A DNA stretch of 64,000 bases from Catajapyx aquilonaris (taxonomy: Eukaryota): contig KZ537985.1 in assembly GCA_000934665.2 (NCBI GenBank), forward strand, positions 1 through 64,000, given 5' to 3'. Below are positions 36,301 through 48,523 of the stretch, in pieces. Position numbers and translations under genes: made by a program. Each line of letters begins with the position of its first letter. Position 1 is the first letter of the stretch. The notes under the pieces were generated by a model that did not search any database, was not told the origin of the DNA, and saw only the letters and a list, made by a program, of their open reading frames with translations.

Positions 36301-39300
36301 GACGTCAGGTAAAATACCCCCGGATATTTACCAACCTTTGCTGTGCACCGTTGTAAAACGAGACGAGTAGACCAGAAGTAATAATCATGTACGAAACGTA
36401 GCCGACCTGATTTTTTTTTTCTGGTATTCCAAAACCGGTGATGAATAATCCCTGCTTTGCTATAGGGCACGTAGTGTGGGTTTTGAATAATCCATAACAG
36501 TGAAGAGGGGGGGGGGGGGTATTTTTTTAAAGCTTGATGTTGCTAAATCCAAATGTTTATAAGTGTATCCAGGCACGTTTAACACTATGCACGTGGTCTT
36601 GTTCGACCCCTAGAGATATACACTCCCATCCAATTTCCTTATAGAGAGATGCAAATGGTGGGCGAGCCATGTAGGTTGAGCTACAAAAAAATTGGATTAG
36701 GATTCTATTTCTTCTAGCTATTCACACACTTTACAACCGGTGCATTTTCCGGTTCGAGGTTTGAATTCAAAAGGTTTGGGTCCATCAGCCATCACCCTGC
36801 CAGATTTTTTTTTTTTTTTGTAACCCCCAATTGGTATTCAATGGGTATTAGCATAGGAGCATCAGGTGAAATCATCTAATGAGAAGCCAAGATTTGTATC
36901 GGCAACAATGCGTGTCAGGTGTGTACATGTCAGGAAAAAAGCGAATTTCACCCCATGGGCTGACGTCATACTGACACTTTCATCTCCGGACCAAGGGCGC
37001 ATAAGGCACGATACACTTCCGAACACAGCGAAACCCCATTTTAACAGTTTCACGTCCTTGTCATTGCAGTGATCCCGGTCACTTACTCACGCCCTGACAT
37101 ACGAGTGTTTGGATTAGAGACACCCAACTGTGAGCGTGTACACAACCCTAAATGATATGATTGATAATAATGGTTGGATAGTCACGCAAAATAATTATTA
37201 ACAATTAACAATTTTGTGTTTCGGACGATTGTAAATGTCACGTGATCCTTCGGTTTTCTCCAGCATCCATCATTGGAGTCGAAGCTACCGGGGGCGGGAT
37301 ATCATAAGGCAATGTCACGGTATATAAACGTGACTGGCCTCACATTGAGGCGCCCCAATACGTCTTTCTGATCAGATTGGAAATGTCTCAATTTGGGAAC
37401 CAACATTTGACGCTTAGTGGGAATAATAAATGGGCTTAAGTGATTGCCGTTATAAATCACGCAGGGAAAGAAGAAGGAGGGAAAAAAATATATTGTTCCA
37501 ATATGGGCCGATCCCTGTTTTTCAGGTGATTCCTATATCACTCTGTATCGATATTATCCGTGCCTCCTGTCAGTGATTACCAGTAGGAGGAGCTGTTTTC
37601 TACCCGTTTTACGTCCAACTACAGCTAACGATATCCAATCAGTATGACATATGTTTAAAGAAAGACACCCCCCTAAAATGGATATCCATAAAGCCAACGC
37701 CTGATAGATGGCACCACCATCGGACTAGTAGCGACCTTGGCGACATCTACTTCATGCATGATTCAACAGAGATTTCAATTTGTAATAAACAACACGCGCA
37801 AAAAAAAGACGCACATACTTATGCAAATATATGCTGATTGTTCTTTTTATTCCCAGTCCATAGCTTCGTTGATGAGGATGCAGTGCCGGTGCCACGGTGT
37901 GTCGGGTTCATGCGAGCTGAAAACGTGCTGGAAGACCATACCACCATTCAGCCAAGTGGGCGACTTCCTCAAGAAGAAATACGAGCACTCTGTTCAGGTA
38001 GCGCGTTAATATAAACATGGCCAAACTCAGTGGAAAACACTGGTTGGCCTTATTTGGAACTTAAATCGCCTTACCTCCTCCTCACCATTCCTTTCTTAAG
38101 CTGAGATATTGCGCCTTAAACTTGTCACTGATATTCTAATTCATTTAACAGCCAACGAGATAAACTTTCCTAAATTGGCGGTTCGATAACAATTTGCTTC
38201 CTTATTATCTGCCCGGTTAATAAGCAGAGCCATTAAGCTGCTGACTATCTAGTTGAGGTCTAAATAAACAGGCAGGTTAAATATTAATAAAACAAATTAT
38301 TAATAAAACAATTTGCTGTTGTTAGCTTCCCCCGGTATGCGCCTGCGCAATGGAGGGAGGCAGCGCCTCTGGTGGACGGAGCTAGGTGGAACTAGTAATA
38401 AATAAATAAATAGTTGAAATAAGAGGGTTCTTCCATGAGAGTTGTACAATAATGCAACAGTGTGCACCGCCTACTAAATATGCAAAAACATACCTGGAAG
38501 ACCCCTCAATTAGTCGCTATTTCCATACCGTGCCAAAATGGCTCTTGAAATTTACAACTCTTTCGTGTACACACCACGATGCATATGTGGGTTCAAAATT
38601 CACGTCCATCAAGTAGGGGTTTTTTTTTTGAGATGGGAACCTCCGATCTGCCTAATCGCTGTCGCTTTTAACCTCCTCTACCATAATTTCACACTATCTA
38701 GATAGGGAAACGAGTTATGGTGCCTCCCGATCCTAATCGGTCCAGAAGGGGTCCGAAGAGGTTAGCCTTTATCTGGATAGGCAGCAACAGCTAAGTAGGG
38801 ATCGTGTCCCGCTTATTTTCCACCCTTGGCACGATGATGACCCCCTCGAGGCCCTTTATCGCTGCCCTGCCAAGGTGCAAAATTGTCCTGCCAAGTGTCA
38901 TGAGGTGCTATTAGCCTCGCCTCAGCGTGACCGCCAACCCTACCTTCCAATACCACTTTTTGTAAAGCATGTTTGCATCCATGGGTGGTAGAGTTTCTGA
39001 AGAGATTCGCGTCACGTTTGTTGGGGACGTGATGCGCGGTAGATGGAGCTGGGTGCATGCGGGCGCTACCAACCTTGGGCGCTACCATTGCGCCACCTGG
39101 CAGATTTTGTACAGTAGATTTGAGAGCCAATTATCTGTGAATGATATTAACGTTAAGGGATCGGCTGGCACAGCTTGCATCTCTCCCACGACAGGTTGCG
39201 ACCAAGTCTAAGAAGCGATTGCGACGCAAGTACAAGGTGAAGCGACGGTCGCCATTGGGAAAGAACGAGTTGGTCCATCTACATAAGTCGCCCAACTATT

Positions 39301-40779
39301 GCGTGCAGGATATCAAGAAAGGGATCCTAGGTACTGGGGGTAGGATTTGTAACAAGACTTCGACAGGACCGGATGGATGTGATCTACTGTGCTGCGGACG
39401 TGGTTACAATACGCAGGTGAGTGTGATGACATCATGGCGTCATTTTCGTAAATGGTGGCTAATTGGAGTTTTAAAAGAATACAATGGAATGTGACAGGAC
39501 CGTCTTTCATCATGGCACTACCAGAGGATAAATAATGCTCTTGGGGACTGAAACATGAAAAGCAACACAGACACCTCCCTGCTCAACATACCTAAGCAAA
39601 AGGTGACGCAGGAGGTCAGGCAAGACTGCATCAATATCTGTCGTGCTAGGAATCCTACGGCTTGGAAAATTCCGCCATTGTTTCCATCTTGGGAATTTGA
39701 ACTGGACATATGAAATACCACACTTTAAAAAAAAAAGGCCAAAGAGCCATCCTATGCCAATGGCTTACTCAACTCATTTTACGACTATTCTTTTGGACAC
39801 CTCTAGCATTCGCAATCAAGTACTCAATTAACCTGGACAACCAACCAAAAAAAAAAGTTGCAGATCTGCACCACCTACTTGAGGTATGCAAAAATTCCTC
39901 GGCAGTAAACCATCCCGTGCAAATTACGACCTAGACGTGCGAAGGTCATACCAATATCTAATGGATTTCTCTAGTACACCTCCAAAACTGCTTTTGCGTG
40001 TCGCCACTAATTAAACAGCCACCTGAGAAGCCACTTGGCTGACCAGTATAAAGTCACTATCAATCTCTACCATCGGGTATTATAGTGTTATTTATAAACT
40101 ACAGTCCACTTAATAAAAGGCTGCTTCTTTTCTTGAAGGCCAAGATTTGTGGTTCCAGAAATGAAAAGACTTGGGGTACAGGTTGGAGGATGGTGGAGGA
40201 GGGGTCACAACACGAAAATTCCATTCCACCAAGTGTGGCTTTCACCTCACGATCAACCTACGATCAGGAGGGATAAAGAATGGACATCTTCATGGAGACT
40301 TTTAACGCCCACAAGTTCAACACTTTTGGCACCCCTTGTACATTGGCATCATAAGAATGAAATATGAGAGACAAGAGCCAAATGTTAAGGCCTGTAGGTA
40401 ACTTATGCCTGTGACTTGGCACAGGTGTGCGAAGCCCTTTCGTGTCACCAAGAGTCGTGCTCATGTCTCACTTTATGACAGGAATTTTAAAATCCTGTCC
40501 AACTCTGCTTGTACCCGGATGGCTTATCTCTAGTCCCACCAAGTTATGAGCCCTTAGCACGTGGCGGTTTCACTTGTTTGTTGATTCTTCCTGGTAGTTG
40601 ATCATTTGACTACGATGACACCTGGTGGATGGGTCCGGCTGGACAGACGCTTTGTAACGACTTTTTCTGTTTTCTAGGTTGTGAGGCACGTGGAGAGATG
40701 TCATTGCAAGTTTATATGGTGCTGCTACGTCAAGTGCAAGACTTGTGTGACTCTGATGGACCTGCACACCTGCAAGTAA
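21381..40779 (+). CDS. WNT16: Protein Wnt-16 (365 aa, 7 coding exons)
   Basis: Exons 21381-21460, 25639-25907, 32056-32212, 36182-36308, 37857-37997, 39195-39416, 40678-40779, all GT-AG and in frame. Kozak gccaccATGG and a signal peptide; [44 protein letters not shown] (lipidated Ser motif). The C-terminus [20 protein letters not shown]...HTCK is characteristic of the Wnt16 subfamily. Confidence 0.93.
22860..22985. repeat. Minisatellite built from ttatacgttatg / ttatccgtat subunits
   Basis: Direct tandem repeats in Wnt16 intron 1. Confidence 0.85.
25930..26162. repeat. Compound tandem duplication: 19-bp agtagaaggtagttttaca units plus a duplicated ~65-bp block
   Basis: The block ttttacaatttccttgagttat...cgtaagaccgcgtaagacctt occurs at ~25980-26044 and ~26098-26162. 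Confidence 0.8.
26385..26470 (-). mobile_element. Degenerate tRNA-like (SINE head) fragment
   Basis: The minus strand has GAGGGGGCTTTAGGCG (A-box-like) and GGGTTCGAATCC (B box); no intact cloverleaf. Confidence 0.4.
28538..28660. repeat. Minisatellite, ~17-bp unit ttatgcaattaaccggc
   Basis: About 7 tandem copies. Confidence 0.85.
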
Positions 40780-41094
40780 ACTTCAAGATCGTGATTAGTT
40801 GTTTTGAGACAGTGACAACTCTCCCCCCCCCCCCCCAANCATAGTTTTTTTCCAGAATGATAACGAGTGTGCATATATGAATGGTCTTGTATGGAAGTAT
40901 GCCTGACAATTGATATTATTTATTCACATATTAGATTGTGTGGATGTTCCCGGATATTGTAGAGTGAGGTGAATGCTACATTTTTGTAGTAGCGACTTTT
41001 TTCTGCTTTAAATTCCTTCCAATCAAATGCTCGTCTGTGTGAAACAGTGGTTTATTAGAGAAGTAGGAAGGCTAATCAGGACTAAACAGAATTT

Positions 41095-41231
41095 AAGCCC
41101 GTCGTACACTAACTTACTCAAAATGAGATAATGTATGCCAATGTCCGTCATCCATAACGAACTTAAAAATAATAATAAAAAAATTGGAAAGGTTGGTATA
41201 CTTAAAAATAAGATAGTGTGGGACGGCCTTA
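41095..41231. mobile_element. PIF/Harbinger-like MITE
   Basis: Imperfect TIRs aagcccgtcgtacacta / tagtgtgggacggcctt with TAA/TTA-type flanks. Confidence 0.55.
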
Positions 41232-42372
41232 AGTCAGTAACGGTAGAACATGCTTCTAAATAGTGTTTTCTACATTTCGTGCATAGTGAAATAACGTTGT
41301 GTCACTTCCAAACTTGTGTAGTTCCAAGCAGGCGGGTGCTTGGTGGCGCCACAGTCGCGCCAAAATGCTCCAGCGCCACCTGCCACGTGACGGAACTATT
41401 CCGATGAGCGGTTTCGGTTACGGATCATTTTGTGGTAAACTTATTGCTCTTTGTTGTACAAAATGGTGTACAGTTCATGGAGCTTGTGTTCATAGCAGTA
41501 CCTCAATTCCTAATCGGTGCGATTTCTCCATTGTGAATAAAGACTGGACTGATTAAGACGGTAAAACCAGAAGAATTGAACGTACAAACAGGCAAATGTT
41601 CATTAATACGTTGTAGAAGTGGTTTCATCTCTTATGTGTTATGCGTCATGTGAACCAAGATATTGTAAACTTTTGTTTAAAGACAATTTTCCTACAGAGA
41701 ATTTATATAAGGTGACTAGTTAGTGTAATGTAGCTTTTAATTTATATGTACATCTTTTATGTTCATTGTGAGCTTGTAAATCGGTAACCTGTAGGTGTGA
41801 CACCCAATTTTTTTTAGTCCATCCGACATCTTAAGTTATTATGTTTATCAAAGTAATCACCTCAATTTTATGTCATTCCTAACGTAGATCCATAGATCAA
41901 AGTATCGTAAAATCTGGACAAAAAAAATCATTCGATGTGGTAGGTAGTCCGCCTAAGAATTTCGCAATAAAATTTTCACAGGATATGATATCATTATACT
42001 TCCCTGAGACTGCAATATTTCAGCTTCTGCACAAGCCGAACTCTGCAACCATTGGACGATGATGAAGATGGTAATATAGGTCATCAATGTTAGCTGAAAA
42101 TAATTTAAGAATTATATACCGGTACAGTAGTGAGCGGCCGTTTGAATCCCGCGCCATCCGCTGTTGGCGACCCTGCCTTCCCTTGGCAACCCTGCTCCAA
42201 GATGGCGTCCCCCATGGATTGAGCTGCGGTCTCTGGTCTGTTTGTGTCCGCAATGGACGTGGTGCCTGGCGTACCGGAGGGGATGTGGAGGCGGCGGGCA
42301 CCGGCTGCCTCATGAGCGGGGCCAGGGGCGGCCCAGGGTGCGTCAAGGCTGAAGCACGGGAGCAAGGGCGGG

Positions 42373-44152
42373 ATGGGGATGAGCAAGCTGAGGCTGTCGG
42401 TGGCGGCCTTCCTGGGGCTCACCGTCTGGAGCGCCGTCGTGTACATGCTCAACACAATCACCTTCACTGGAGGAGGAGGAGGAGGAGGTCCTCGCATCAC
42501 TGGTAATCATTATAACAAGAAGGGTAGGGGTTCATGCCATGTAGGTCGTCTGCTAATGTTGTGCGAGTGGTGGTGGTCCATAACATGTGCATGCATTGTA
42601 TAGTGGGATTGTCCCGTCAGCGATGCGTCTTGAGCTTGTGTGCATCAGTCGCCCGGAATAATCCAGAAAATATTATTTTCATTTTCTGTGCTGTTTGTTA
42701 TAACGCTGATGTGAATGTGTGCCTGACGATGATTTTATATGTGGCCGTAGACGTGGAAGAATAAAGCATGGACCCACATGATGAATTTGAACTAACAACT
42801 GAGAACAGCAACTCTGTGTTTGCAGCAAGACTAACATCATGTAGGAAATTGTTGCTGTTGCTTCCCTGCATGGCAAGCAAAGCAGGATGTGACTGATTAG
42901 AACTGTACTGCATGGCTTTCAAGGTGAGTGCATTTCCCTACTTGTACCAATGATGTAGTAGAACAGTGACCTTGTGCCTTGACCCGCAAGAGGATGATAT
43001 CATGGATATCCCATCATATGTTTGTTTTTCCAATGACAGAGTCGAGCCCACAAGTGTGGTCCTTTCACGCCTCATCTCCAAATAGGATCATAATTGACAA
43101 GGAAGGTCTGGAGAAGATCCACCAAGAACGAGTCAACCACCTAGAGAGGAAATGCAAGAAGATGCGCAATACGTCAGCGGTAGAAACAACAACCCTCGCT
43201 TATGAAGGGGAGTTTGCGTCATCACTGAGCCACCTTTTAGTGGATGACAGGCACGTTAGTTGTAATTGGCAATGGGCTTCACTCGCATCATTAGTGATAA
43301 AGTATTGTTCAGAGAAGAATTTTAAATGTTATGTTTTCAGGCACAAGATCCTGTATTGCTACGTCCCCAAAGTAGCATGCACAAACTGGAAGCGTGTGCT
43401 GATGGTCTTAACAGGACGTGCCAACACATCAGATGCCATGTCCATCCCAGCAGATGCACCTCACCGTACACATAACCTTGTTCGGCTGAGTAGCTTGAAC
43501 ACAACTGAGGTCAATGAGAGGCTACACACCTATTCAAAGTTCCTCTTTGCACGTCACCCATTTGAGAGGCTGCTCTCTGCTTTCAAGAACAAGCTGGAGA
43601 AACGTTATGGCAGTTCCAGATATTTTCAGGTATAAGCATCCACTACATTGTTCAGAAGCAAGTTTGTCTTACCATGCTGTCAGTTCCACAAGTAAATTAA
43701 TACAGAATAGCCATAGTAACATGGTCATATAACTATTGCAGCAACGGTTTGGGCGCTACATAGTCAAGAAGTACCGCTCCAACCCATCACTGGAGAGTCT
43801 GACCAAAGGCAATGACGTGACTTTTCGGGAGTTTGCAGAATATCTAGTGGAGCAAAATGTGCGAGAGTACAATGAGCATTGGATGCCCATCTCACGCCTG
43901 TGCCGCATGTGCTCCATTCACTACGATATCGTGGGCAAGTATGAGACTATATCTGTAGATGCGGACTATGTCCTTCAGAAGCTGCGGGTTGGGGACAAAG
44001 TGTCATTTCCTCAGCCACCCCTGGCATCCACAACACGCTCACAAATGAAGAAGTATTTTAGGACTCTGCCGCCAGAGCTACTTCAAAAGCTGCATGATGT
44101 GTATGCCACAGATTTTGCACTCTTTAATTACACAGTGGGCGATATTTTGTAA
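42373..44152 (+). CDS. Carbohydrate sulfotransferase, CHST11-like (Sulfotransfer_2 family, 346 aa, type II membrane protein)
   Basis: Exons 42373-42502, 43040-43250, 43341-43629, 43742-44152. N-terminal TM segment; 5'-PSB motif YCYVPKVACTNWKR; 3'-PB motif FARHPFERLLSAF; NEHWMP, VGKYET and YATDFALFNY. Confidence 0.88.
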
Positions 44153-45685
44153 CTGCTTGAAATTTAGGATCACGCTTTAAATGATAATTAACATTGAGTG
44201 TTTTCTCAACTCAATGAGCACTATTTTCGGACAGTGATTGATAGCTATTTGGAATAAGCCAGGTTTGGAACTGTTTGAATTCACTTTTGGAAGCACTATT
44301 TTCCAACAGATGACTACGTAATGTACTTTTGGAATTTTAACCGTGTTGAGAATAACTGCCTGATTATGCACATGTTACACTGTTGTCCTTGTCATACATT
44401 ATTAGGTGCACTTGCCCAGCATCTGCACATTGCATTGATTTCTAACTTAAATGTTATATTTTCCAAAATGCTATGAAGCTACATTACAAATCAGTAGGTT
44501 TGAGACATAGAAATTCAGATTATATGGCAATGAACATAATGTGCTTTTGACTAACTCAAATGTTTGCCATTGTGCTGGGATATGTTTAGCCCTGCACAGA
44601 ATGTGTAGATGGGTGTAATGCATCATAATGTAATACTTTTACCCCAATTGTGGCCCCAAAGATTTTTAAAGGAGTGCAAATATTATGCCCAATAATTGTA
44701 ATTTGAAAATATTGTATATCGTTGTCTCCAAGTAGACACCTTGTCAGCCAAAAATTTGTAAAGGGGTTTCTATAATTGACTTCACGGGAGTGTAATTGTT
44801 GGAGATGATTTTATGGCGTGCAAGCCGCAGTTTGTGTTTTCTAGTTGAAAAAATGCGTGCAGAGCAATACTTTCCTGCACCCAATATCAAGTGTCAAAAA
44901 CTTGACGTTTCAATGTGACAAGGTCTCTATTTTATTGCAATGATACTGTGTTTTCCTAAGTGCTAGTCAATTAGTAATTAACTCTCATTTGTAAAAATTA
45001 TGGTTATTCAGTACAACCTACTTTTATTCAGTATGGTATTTACAGTTGTAAGTTTTACCATTAACCTACAAATGACTTATGTCAGCTAATTTAAGTAAAA
45101 ATTATGTAATAATTGTAGAGTCACATGTCCGTCATTAGTGTTTGAAATTGTTTTGTTTTGTAACGAGTCAAATTTATGACATTTATTCTTACGCTGCAAA
45201 TACAGGGTATCATGTCTCCCATAGGAAAAGCATATGTGCAAGAAAACTGATATTTCACAAGGTACAGCATGCGTTAACCTACCGTAACATATGCTTGTAG
45301 AACTATGCTCATTTCAGTGCAGAACTTTGGAAGGTTTGTTAGCATGAGAGAAATTCCTTAGTGTGTTCAGTAGTGTAATCAGTGGAGGGAAGTGCCCTGA
45401 TGCTGTAATGCCTGAGAATCCTTCATTAGGCCACAAACCCAACTCATTGACACTTGCCCGGAGTCTCCCTAGTTTGTTTACACGATGAAGCAATTTGATA
45501 ATCAATAAGCCAGCCTGTAATCAACTGACAGCCAACTTTCTTGGTCACATGTATTGTGTCAGTTCTATGGTAGAAGGAAAGGACAAGGGAGAAGTGGGTA
45601 TGGGTGGAGCCTGGGTAGAATTCTTGATGGGAAATCATGGTTACAAGTGAATTAAACAATATCTGCATCCCCTACTGGGAGGAAA

Positions 45686-45950
45686 GTAGGGCGACACGGT
45701 GGAGTAGTGGTTAGTGCCGCAGCCTTCCACCTCTGAGGTCCCGAGTTCGATCCCCGAATCGGACAGAGGATACTTATGTGGATAGAGTTTCAATGGGTTC
45801 TCTCCGTGTTCGCGTGGGTTTTCTCATGGCTCTCTCGTTTCCTCCCACTTAAAAATCCATCACATTACAGGCAAATGATTAAAGTCGGTGAATTAAAAGA
45901 TGATTCCCTAAAAGGCCCAAGGAGGCCTATCATGGGGTATCCATTATTAT
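45686..45950 (+). mobile_element. tRNA-derived SINE with V-SINE-like central core and 13-bp TSD
   Basis: A box ggtggagtagtgg, B box gagttcgatccc, core ttctctccgtgttcgcgtgggttttctc...gtttcctcccac and an (att)n tail. TSD tactgggaggaaa at 45673-45685 and 45951-45963. Confidence 0.88.
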
Positions 45951-46865
45951 TACTGGGAGGAAAACTATCTGTCTGTGCATATGAGAATAGAAGTTATAAT
46001 ATTTTTCCAAGGCTAGTTCCTGCCTCATCAAAAGATATGAAACATCTCCAGTCTCGGTAACATTGCTTATTGAGGAAAAAAACATGTGTCCGTTAGCCCA
46101 TTAGGTTAGCATTGGGGTACTTGTAACTTCACTGATTAACATTGCTACTTGAGTGTAGCCGTTTAGGTTGCTCAGACCAAGTAATCTCAATGGTTTCTCT
46201 TGGAAGTGATAAGTCTCAGGCAAAATTCAGTAAGAGCATGTCACTCTGTTTATTCAATGTGTTTGACCCTCCCAGGATGTCGTTTTTGTAGACTTTGTAA
46301 CAGAGCAGATAGTCACATGGTCTCGGAGCATATCGGAAACCTAATTTTGCTTAGGTGCAAAGCGCAAGCATCTGCAGTTAACAAAACAACACCTCATGGT
46401 ATTAAAAAGGCATTTCCTGTCAACTTCACAATTTCTCCAATGCTAGCAGGCATTGCTTGGCATATGATATCCGTAGTCCCTAGACATACCATCATACTAA
46501 TTTTCGCGTGGTGTTTTCCTTGCTATTTTGTATAGCTACATTTTGAGTAAGAAATGCCCAGTGACATCTAGCTTGATATACAGTCAGCTGCATATTACTG
46601 TAGACACATGTTCTTTCATAAATCTTACAAGTGCCGTTACTTTTGGCACATACCTCACATTATGTGACAATGACAAATGTACTGAAACTGCCTAGCCTAG
46701 TGGTCAGGCATTTTTTGTGACCTTTGGGAAGTCCCAGGTTCCCTCTATTGCCAACTACCCTGACTTGGGTTTGCTGCTATTTTCTCGACTAGGGCAATGA
46801 TTTTTGTTTTGAATGGCTACATTCACTCCTTCCACCTCCTCTTTGAGTCTTGAATCTGTGTCATA

Positions 46866-48409
46866 CAGGGTTATTCTCCCGAATGATAACCCAAACATTC
46901 CCCAATAACTTGAAAATTATTGTATGGTTCTCAATGAGAATTGACATGTACTTACCTTGTATGATGGCAAACAAGGTCTGCCTAAAGCATATGGTGAAAA
47001 TGGTCCCCTCCAGCATCCAAGAATTTTTGAATGTGAGTCTGCATATTGGCGTATATACTGCATGTGCTAATATGACATCATAATGGCAGCAACCTCCCGC
47101 CATATCGGGGCTAGAGGACATCAGTTGTTCTGGGCTTAATCCTGTATATTGTTGGCATTAAGGAGAAAGGAGGAATATGCCATTTTATAAATTTTACAGG
47201 AGAGGCAAAAAGAGGTTGAAAGTACGAGGGCCTGTCAAGAGAAATTGAGACTGATTTTTAATGTGATAAAGAGAATTACTTCATGACTCGGGGTGAATGG
47301 CAATGTGTCCAGTATGAATGGAAGTATTAGAACAGTAATTTTTGTTCGAATATTCCAAAATTCCAGGCGATGGTGACATTGGAAGTAGACCTAGACATTT
47401 GAGACATTTGCCTCTGCTCTGCCAGAGGTCGGCGGTGAGGACCGAAATTCATCGTAGAGGTTTTCTTTCACGTGAATAAAACAGCCAAAGAAGTGTACGA
47501 CATGCTAAGATTGTGAACAGCAGATAACCCCTTGGTGGTGTTAATGATCTCCTCTGTAAGAACTCGGATGGAGTCTGCAAACCTGTCTCTTTGAAAGCCT
47601 TCTACGGACACTTGCTGAATGTCTTGTACCATCAGAATGCTGTGGGACAGATCTTCGCCATATCTAAGCATGTCATACTGTACGCCTCCGTCACGGTTGT
47701 CTTCAAATGGAAGCAAAACCGCCGACCTTGTGGCAGAGCGAAGGCGAATGTGATTCCTAGGTCTATACTTTCGGTGTCACCCTCGCCTGGGATTGTGGAA
47801 TAATCGAACCAGAATTGGTGTTCTAATACTTCAAATCAATCTGGACACGATGCCATTTACTGCGAGTCATGAACTGATTCCCTTTATGACGTTAAAAATC
47901 AGTCTCACTTTCTTTTGACTGGCCCTCATAGTCCCCACAAATCAAGTATCACTGTATGCACACTGTTCCACCTACGCAATGTCATTTCACCAAAACCTGC
48001 GGTGCGTGATTTCACCTTAATATATGCATTTTCGCCATTTTCTGAAAAACCGTCTATTCGTCCTTTCTCCTTAATGCCGATGATATGATGTGTGGCCCTT
48101 CAGTAAACTCCACAAGAAGAAATCAGGTCTGGCGGGGCCCCCTCAATTGGCTTCATCTCTCCGAGGGTGAGCAGATGTACCCGGCTGCCCGCTCCCCTCT
48201 GCACGGCCCTGAATACACTAATATACTCATACAAGACTAGCATTCAAAAATTATTGGATGCTGGAGGGGACCATTTTCAGCTTATCCTTTAGGCGGGCCT
48301 TGTTTGGCATCATGCAAGGTAAGTACATGTCAATTTTCATTGAGAACCATCCAATAATTTAAAAAGTGATTGAGGAATGTTTGGGTTCTCATTCAGGAGA
48401 ATCACCCTG
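46866..48409. mobile_element. Non-autonomous Tc1/mariner-like DNA transposon (~1.54 kb) with ~170-bp TIRs and TA target duplication
   Basis: 46866-~47033 is the reverse complement of ~48241-48409; termini TA|cagggt...accctg|TA. No recognisable transposase ORF. Confidence 0.8.
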
Positions 48410-48417
48410 TATAAGAT

Positions 48418-48523
48418 GTACTATATCGCCCAAAAAGATAGAGACGATTTTGCATTTGACTCAAGTGCAACTTGCACTTGAATCAAATGCCAATCGTCTC
48501 TATCTTTATGAGCGATATAGTAC
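48418..48523. mobile_element. Near-perfect ~106-bp palindrome (MITE-like hairpin)
   Basis: gtactatatcgcccaaaaagatagagacgattttgcatttgactcaagtgcaa pairs with ttgcacttgaatcaaatgccaatcgtctctatctttatgagcgatatagtac. Confidence 0.75.

Noticed and set aside
42020..42506. Overlapping ORFs on both strands at the sulfotransferase 5' end
   Set aside because: Expected by-product of a GC-rich leader and first exon with few stop codons.
47468..47803. Short ORFs inside the Tc1/mariner-like element as a transposase
   Set aside because: No recognisable DDE/D or helix-turn-helix motifs, and too short.
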